64,000 nt of DNA from a virus: IMG/VR virus record IMGVR_UViG_3300025141_008753, positions 3,677-67,676 of that record. One strand, written 5' to 3'. Shown in pieces: positions 58,868-64,000 of the stretch. A program made the position numbers and the translations under genes. Numbering within the stretch: position 1 is the stretch's first letter; every line of letters starts with the position of its first letter. The notes below the pieces were generated by a model. It made no database searches and was not told the origin of the DNA. It saw only the letters and a program-made list of their open reading frames with translations.

Positions 58868-58996
58868 CTAGAAAATATTTGGGATAAAATCCAAACAGTA
58901 GACAATCCACAACAGAGCCGATGCGAACACCTTAAGGCAGAACGCAATAGGTTGGTGGAAGATGACGAACAAGGTAAGGGAGAGTAGCGATTTCAT
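58868..58996 (-). CDS. 42-aa hydrophobic peptide
   Basis: Manually translated MKSLLSLTLFVIFHQPIAFCLKVFASALLWIVYCLDFIPNIF; ATG 7 nt after the -10. Confidence 0.55.
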   Translation of the reverse strand: MKSLLSLTLFVIFHQPIAFCLKVFASALLWIVYCLDFIPNIF

Positions 58997-59201
58997 TATA
59001 CACAGTATACCATAGCGCAAGGGTATTGTCAAGCATAATCTCATAATTTTTAACTCCTTACTACGCCTATACTTAGGGCTGTTTCGGACCCCCGGCTCGC
59101 GATTTTGTCAAGTAAAAAATGGACTTTCTTTGTAGGTGAAAGCCCGAAACATCCTCCCCTAAACTTATACTATCGGCGAAGGGGCGAGCCGTCTCATAAT
59201 T

Positions 59202-59483
59202 TCAGCCACATGAATACTCACCCTCCTCATTTTGCCAGTAATCAGCCGTTGCACCATAATCACTATCGTAATCACCGCACTCATGAGCCATATCGCCCTC
59301 AGCGTCAGCCCAAGCGCAGAAGGTTTCATCGCCAGCGTCGCACTCGCAGAAAGTGGTAGAACGGACATCGTAGCCCTTCTCAATCACGCCAGTATCAGCG
59401 CAGTTTGAGCAAGCAGGGACATCGCAAGCCTCACAAGCCTCGTTAGGGCTGTAAGATGAATCGTAGTAGGAGGTGTTTTCCAT
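59202..59483 (-). CDS. Very acidic Cys-rich small protein
   Basis: CEAC, CSNC..TG, CEC; D/E-rich; ATG after the promoter module. Confidence 0.65.
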   Translation of the reverse strand: MENTSYYDSSYSPNEACEACDVPACSNCADTGVIEKGYDVRSTTFCECDAGDETFCAWADAEGDMAHECGDYDSDYGATADYWQNEEGEYSCG

Positions 59484-59540
59484 TATGCCTATAGTATACC
59501 ATAGCGCGTGTGTATTGTCAAGCACTTTCTTAGATTTTTT

Positions 59541-59729
59541 TTAATCAAACCAACCTCGCTTTACATCACGCCTAGCCTGAGTTATACTATACCCATTTTC
59601 TTCGAGTCTGTCAAGCGTTTCTTGGATAATTATTTCTTGAGTTACAGAGTCCATCTCCACACGATTAGAAGAAGGAAAGACATAGGCGTGCGTAATGACA
59701 CCTAAACAGAATGCTAGTGCGTATTTCAT
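59541..59729 (-). CDS. Small protein with an N-terminal hydrophobic segment
   Basis: 62 aa; ATG 7 nt after the -10. Confidence 0.6.
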   Translation of the reverse strand: MKYALAFCLGVITHAYVFPSSNRVEMDSVTQEIIIQETLDRLEENGYSITQARRDVKRGWFD

Positions 59730-59872
59730 GGTCTATAGTATAACACAGCGTAAGCGTATTGTCAAGTAAAAAACCCTAAATATCTCGCTGGTCGGAGAAA
59801 ATCGTTGATTCGGTACCATGCCAAAATGGCAGAGCGCCCTGTATCTTCCGTAGGACCCATGCCTATACCTTT

Positions 59873-59930
59873 TGGGACTCCTACAAAACTGGGACTCCTA
59901 CAAAACTGGGACTCCTACAAAACTGGGACT
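59873..59930. repeat. 17-bp tandem repeat TGGGACTCCTACAAAAC x3.4
   Basis: Direct reading. Confidence 0.92.
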
Positions 59931-59975
59931 GTAAAAAAATATAATTATTTTATAGCAATCATCCTAGGATTATAC

Positions 59976-60398
59976 TTATTTAATTTTTCGCGCTACGACG
60001 ACCTCTACGCCCAGCTCTCTTAGGAATTCGATTCCTGTAGTATCGCTATAAGCCTGTCCGCATACAACTCTCACTATACCAGATTGATATATCATTTTGG
60101 CACAATCAAAACATGGCGATAGTGTAGTATATAACGTAGAGCCGACGCTACTCTGAGAGCCCCTTGCGAGCTTTGTGAGCGCGTTTGTCTCTGCATGTAG
60201 GACTTCCTTAAGAGTTTCGCCATCGTCGCCCTCACACGCGTTAGAGAAGCTTGTAGGGGTCCCATTATATCCATCGGAGATAATCTGATTATCTCTTACC
60301 ACCAAACATCCAACTTGTTTTCTTTTCGCATGAGATTGTTGACCCCATATATGCGACATAGCTAAATAAGTTTCATCTAATTTTTTTTGATTTACCAT
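59976..60398 (-). CDS. dCMP deaminase
   Basis: QVGC, GYNGTP, LHAETNA, LSPCFDCAK. Confidence 0.93.
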   Translation of the reverse strand: MVNQKKLDETYLAMSHIWGQQSHAKRKQVGCLVVRDNQIISDGYNGTPTSFSNACEGDDGETLKEVLHAETNALTKLARGSQSSVGSTLYTTLSPCFDCAKMIYQSGIVRVVCGQAYSDTTGIEFLRELGVEVVVARKIK

Positions 60399-60603
60399 GA
60401 TTTTACTTTTTATTTCTGCTGTTATTACTTCTATCGGTGTCATTGCTGGCACATGCGCTCTAAAAGAAATTATATTTAGGAGAAGGGTCCAAGACCTACA
60501 AATCGAATGGGAAGCGACATACGGAGCTCAAGGAGGTTATCCTATATTCATTAAAGACAATGAAGTGAAAAAGAAAAAGAAAAAGATAAAAATTAGCGCG
60601 TAA
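60397..60603 (+). CDS. Small membrane protein
   Basis: N-terminal TM segment and basic tail; starts head-to-head with the deaminase. Confidence 0.5.
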   Translation: MILLFISAVITSIGVIAGTCALKEIIFRRRVQDLQIEWEATYGAQGGYPIFIKDNEVKKKKKKIKISA

Positions 60604-60769
60604 TCCAAAAAAACATCATATCATTACCAAGAGGTTAAAAATATGATGTTTTGGTATTTTATCGCCGGGATAGCCACGTGTGACTTGCTTCTAGACCTTA
60701 TGGAAAGGAAGCGACGCTCTCACTTAGGAACACTATGGCGCCGTGTCACCAAGGGTGTCCGGCGGCACT

Positions 60770-61654
60770 TTAGGAAGTAGCACCCTCGGGCTTCTTCTTA
60801 ATCGCATCTCCAGCCCGAACAGCCGTAGCTAAGTCCGTATCAGGGTTGGAAGCGGTAGCAACCGCGCGTCTTTGCTGTGATGCCTCCTTCTTCTTCAAAC
60901 GCTCTACGTTCTCCGGTGAAGGGTTTGCATTCGCGGCGCGCTTCGCGCGCTGTACTCCCGCCTCACCAATCTGCCCTACTTTGCGCGGATTCTCTTCTTT
61001 ATTGGCTTCGGCTTTGCGTTTCGCCGCCGCTTTTTCTACTTCCTCAGGGGTAGGAGGGGTAAAGTTTTGCTTTCTGTCAGCGCTATACTTTTGGGAGGGT
61101 GTGTCCCATTTTCCCCCAATACCCCTAGCTTCGTTGGCGGTTTTTGCTTCAGCTTCAGCTTTTTTTTTGGCTGCGGCGTTGCGTTCGGCTTGACCAGGAC
61201 CTGCACCCGGCTGAGACCTGAATTTTCCGATGGTTTTGGAGTTGTTGTCGTCGGCGTCGGAGCCCGGAATTGTCCTACCTCTGTCGTCGGTAGCTTCTGC
61301 TGTTAAAGTACCAATAGGGCGAGGACCGCTGACATACTCTGGCTCTTGGTCGGTTCCCGCTGCCAATACGCTTCGCCAGGCGTCCTCAGACTCCTTTTGA
61401 CCAATATTGGTGCGACCATTGTTATCCACTTGCTGAATCTTCATGTAGTCTTCAAAGGTACTATTCTCTGTGACTGTGCGTGCTTTTGGTTTGTTTCTAT
61501 ACATTTCGGTGTTCCTTTTCCAATCCCAAGCGTTTTCAAAGCTATTGCCGAATGCTCCAGGTTTATCGCCCTGGATAACATTACCAAATTCGTGTAGTCT
61601 ATTATTCTTTACGGGCTTGGCTTTGCCGACAAAACTCATTTTCTTGATTGGCAT
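60770..61654 (-). CDS. Hydrophilic low-complexity hypothetical protein
   Basis: 294 aa, Ala/Lys/Glu-rich. Confidence 0.7.
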   Translation of the reverse strand: MPIKKMSFVGKAKPVKNNRLHEFGNVIQGDKPGAFGNSFENAWDWKRNTEMYRNKPKARTVTENSTFEDYMKIQQVDNNGRTNIGQKESEDAWRSVLAAGTDQEPEYVSGPRPIGTLTAEATDDRGRTIPGSDADDNNSKTIGKFRSQPGAGPGQAERNAAAKKKAEAEAKTANEARGIGGKWDTPSQKYSADRKQNFTPPTPEEVEKAAAKRKAEANKEENPRKVGQIGEAGVQRAKRAANANPSPENVERLKKKEASQQRRAVATASNPDTDLATAVRAGDAIKKKPEGATS

Positions 61655-61710
61655 ACTTTATATACTAATCTCAATTCGACCCGCATATATAAAATAGAGG
61701 AATTTAACAC

Positions 61711-62292
61711 ATGCCAGTCTCATATTCAGTAACAGGGAGCGTAGCGCCAGTAACAGGCGCGCCGTTCGTCGCATCGGGTACTCCGGTAGAATGCACGCTT
61801 TATGAGCATGACTCCGGATTCTCCTATGAAGTAATCACATACGGTGAAAGCCAAGGGGGTTATCCGCCATCTACGTGTACAACCGTGTCTGCGTTATATA
61901 TTCGGGGGGCGAATAGAGCTTGGGATAGGCAGACTATTTTCTGGTACAATACTACAGGCTCTCCTAACTTCTATAATGAGCAGACGTACTCCTTTAGCTC
62001 GCATACTAGCCCTAGCGGACTAGGTGTGTCTGGCGTAGTTTACTCTGACCGGATAGCCGCGCACCAACGTGCAAAGCTCGCGGGTGATGTCGCACATTAT
62101 GAATGGCTTAGTTTGCAGGGCATTCTCGTTCCTTTCTCAGACTATCGGGTGATGGACGGCTACGATGGTAATGTCGCTGCCGGTAACCTAATAGCGGATA
62201 TTATTTCTATGATGCAGTGCGGTGGCTTGCGAAACGGGCTTAATTCTTATACCGGACCTTTGCCTAACTGGCGACCTGACCTAGTGTTGTAG
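61711..62292 (+). CDS. Putative virion protein, weak paralog of 29165..30157
   Basis: PSGLG, VPFS, MMQCG shared with the 330-aa protein; GAGG SD. Confidence 0.6.
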   Translation: MPVSYSVTGSVAPVTGAPFVASGTPVECTLYEHDSGFSYEVITYGESQGGYPPSTCTTVSALYIRGANRAWDRQTIFWYNTTGSPNFYNEQTYSFSSHTSPSGLGVSGVVYSDRIAAHQRAKLAGDVAHYEWLSLQGILVPFSDYRVMDGYDGNVAAGNLIADIISMMQCGGLRNGLNSYTGPLPNWRPDLVL

Positions 62293-62302
62293 GGCTCGTA
62301 CT

Positions 62303-63127
62303 ATGTCGCAAATATATAGCCAAGTGCGCAAAGAGCGTCTTCGACGACTGGCAAAGAAGGCGGGAATACTTCCTCAATATGGAGAAAGCAGTCCCGGTCC
62401 ACAAACGGGAATGGTATTTGAGGATAAAACGGGCTCGCAGAGTCTCCAAGGGGGAGGTCCACCTGACGCTGGAAGTCCCAGTCGAAACGAAACACTTGTA
62501 AAAGAGCATGACAGGCTCTTTGGCTCATTTATTGACATGCGTTGCACATTCGAGCTGCAATCGTTGTATACGGATTTAACCGAACTAAAAAATGCGTTCC
62601 CTGATGCTGAGCGCATGATGCCCGATTATCCCAAAGATGAGCAGCAAGGATACACTGTTTTAAGCCTTAAGGGCAGCGTGGAAGGGACAGTGGAAGGGTA
62701 TTGGTCATGTCAATGCATGGAGAGTTGTAGCCCTTGGGAGCACCCCGAAGATGGCAAGAATTTCTATAAACAAGCCGAGGGGGCGCTGGCAAATCCAGAA
62801 AAAGTTGCGTGGGACAACTCCGATAATAGTTTGTTTATGTGGTTCGACTCGTTGAAAGTAGGCTGTTGTGGTCCGTGTTCCACAACTGACCAAGGAATAC
62901 CCATCGGGAGCAACCGTGTGCACATAAGCGACTTTTGGTGGAATGAATTTGTGTTTGTTAATAAGTCCTATACTACTTTGGATGAGCTGGAAGCTGACAA
63001 TGACCTGCTGATGCGAGAGCTGTGGAGGATTAAAGTAGAGAATTCCGACATCGGCATGGAGGCTAAACGTTTAGGCGGTTGGCTCGATATTAGAGATTGT
63101 ACCTACTGTTGTAAAGGAGTAAAATAA
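62303..63127 (+). CDS. Cys-rich hypothetical protein
   Basis: 274 aa; CQC, CCGPC, CTYCC. Confidence 0.7.
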   Translation: MSQIYSQVRKERLRRLAKKAGILPQYGESSPGPQTGMVFEDKTGSQSLQGGGPPDAGSPSRNETLVKEHDRLFGSFIDMRCTFELQSLYTDLTELKNAFPDAERMMPDYPKDEQQGYTVLSLKGSVEGTVEGYWSCQCMESCSPWEHPEDGKNFYKQAEGALANPEKVAWDNSDNSLFMWFDSLKVGCCGPCSTTDQGIPIGSNRVHISDFWWNEFVFVNKSYTTLDELEADNDLLMRELWRIKVENSDIGMEAKRLGGWLDIRDCTYCCKGVK

Positions 63128-63151
63128 AAGGAACCTTTGCAGGTTCCTTTT
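63126..63151. terminator. Bidirectional intrinsic terminator
   Basis: AAAAGGAACCT-TTGC-AGGTTCCTTTT between convergent genes. Confidence 0.85.
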
Positions 63152-63171
63152 AAAATAGGTAAATAGAGGAA

Positions 63172-63351
63172 TTACTGCTGTGGTGTATACCCTGGCGGAA
63201 CCAAGGGCTGACCTAACAGTTGTTGTAAAATACCCATTAATTGAATACCCATAGGTGTCATACCGTCTTCGGTAAACCTCTCCGGGTATGCTTTATTGAG
63301 CACTTTTAGGACATCCTTCATTACCTGTACAAGTTGTTCGTCTCTTTCCAT
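63172..63351 (-). CDS. Small hypothetical protein (59 aa)
   Basis: Manually translated MERDEQLVQVMKDVLKVLNKAYPERF... Confidence 0.5.
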   Translation of the reverse strand: MERDEQLVQVMKDVLKVLNKAYPERFTEDGMTPMGIQLMGILQQLLGQPLVPPGYTPQQ

Positions 63352-63390
63352 GTTATTGTTATAGGGTTAGTTTTTAAAAAAGAATAAAAA

Positions 63391-63819
63391 TTATCCGAAT
63401 AATATGACGGACTTTGAATCCTTCGTCTTAGGGAAAGAAACGGTTAGAAGACCGTTCTTCAAGTCGACCTTAGCCTTCTTAACATCAAACTGTGCGTCGA
63501 CGTTGATAGTGAAATCAACATCACGGTCACTAATGCCATGGTGTAGAACACAAGGGCTTTTCATAGGTTCCTTCTTACTTGCGCGTACAGTGAAGGAGTT
63601 TTTACCCCCTACTACTTTAACGTCTTCGTCTGAGAATCCCGCGAGCGCAAACTCAAAAAAGAGTTGGTCTTGGTCATCTGACACGTAACAGTTGCTTACC
63701 GGGTATTTTGGTAGCTTGCACGTTTCGTTTGGTCGTGCATCCTTTCTTTGGCTTTCAGGGAAGCCTAGGCTTGCGAACTCTCGGAAGAGCTCATCAAAGT
63801 GTGTGAAATAATAATTCAT
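63391..63819 (-). CDS. Hsp20 small heat-shock protein
   Basis: YPVSN, EFALAGF, HHGIS.R, LKNGLLTV; AAGGAG SD. Confidence 0.9.
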   Translation of the reverse strand: MNYYFTHFDELFREFASLGFPESQRKDARPNETCKLPKYPVSNCYVSDDQDQLFFEFALAGFSDEDVKVVGGKNSFTVRASKKEPMKSPCVLHHGISDRDVDFTINVDAQFDVKKAKVDLKNGLLTVSFPKTKDSKSVILFG

Positions 63820-64000
63820 GTTTTTTAATCTCCTTATCGGACAATTGTTGTATCACCTTATCAGTGATGGAAATGGTTTGGTGCTCTTTCGACACACCAC
63901 CCTCCTCAACGACGAGGGCATGATTATATAGTTTAGCAGTTTTACTTACTGCCTTTCTATATTTTTTGGTACATATCTGCATAAGCTGTGTGTACCTAGC

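Larger units (their letters stand above)
55856..59765 (-). promoter_or_regulatory. Array of ~10 related promoter modules (TTGAC(A/G)-17-TATACT with TG), one per cassette
   Basis: Copies near 55856, 56132, 56948, 57289, 57718, 57972, 58832, 59004, 59493, 59737; shared CGCT(A/G/C)TG(G/T)TATACT. Confidence 0.85.

Noticed and set aside
55886-59525. Longer ORF-track starts (56152, 57063, 57795, 58004, 59525)
   Set aside because: These extensions translate the repeated promoter modules (LDN...CYTI/WYTI); the true starts are the ATGs just after the -10 boxes
1-64000. Alternative genetic code, DGR or retron
   Set aside because: Conserved genes are full length under the standard code with all three stops in use; no reverse transcriptase is present

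Overview
64-kb piece of a large, AT-rich, lytic-type dsDNA phage genome with distant T4/T5/SPO1-like gene content; the host cannot be determined from this window. 1-16 kb: replication/recombination module (Holliday junction resolvase, gp55-like sigma, a family A DNA polymerase split into two ORFs around a type II glutamine synthetase, gp47/gp46-like nuclease pair, GroES, class II RNR, dUTPase, helicase, UvsY-like, gp32-like SSB). 16-37 kb: very large sugar-nucleotide/glycosyltransferase complement interleaved with RecA/UvsX and a Clp-type ATPase. 37-42.5 kb: probable virion surface proteins, including a 1272-aa repeat fibre. 42.5 kb: tRNA-Ile(UAU) plus a tRNA minihelix. 42.65-53.6 kb: a compositionally distinct, SD-led early operon (MoxR ATPase, split peptidase/VWA, second sigma-like factor, ligase, HIT) in which I found none of several 4-bp palindromes that are common elsewhere. 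53.6-59.9 kb: a dense field of leftward consensus sigma70 promoters, a structured ncRNA plus a tag-less mini-tmRNA, a 22-bp-period repeat array and an array of promoter+small-gene cassettes. The strongest novelty candidates are the mini-tmRNA/ncRNA unit and the restriction-site-free block bracketed by a 12-bp motif. All calls are from reading by eye; no searches were run.
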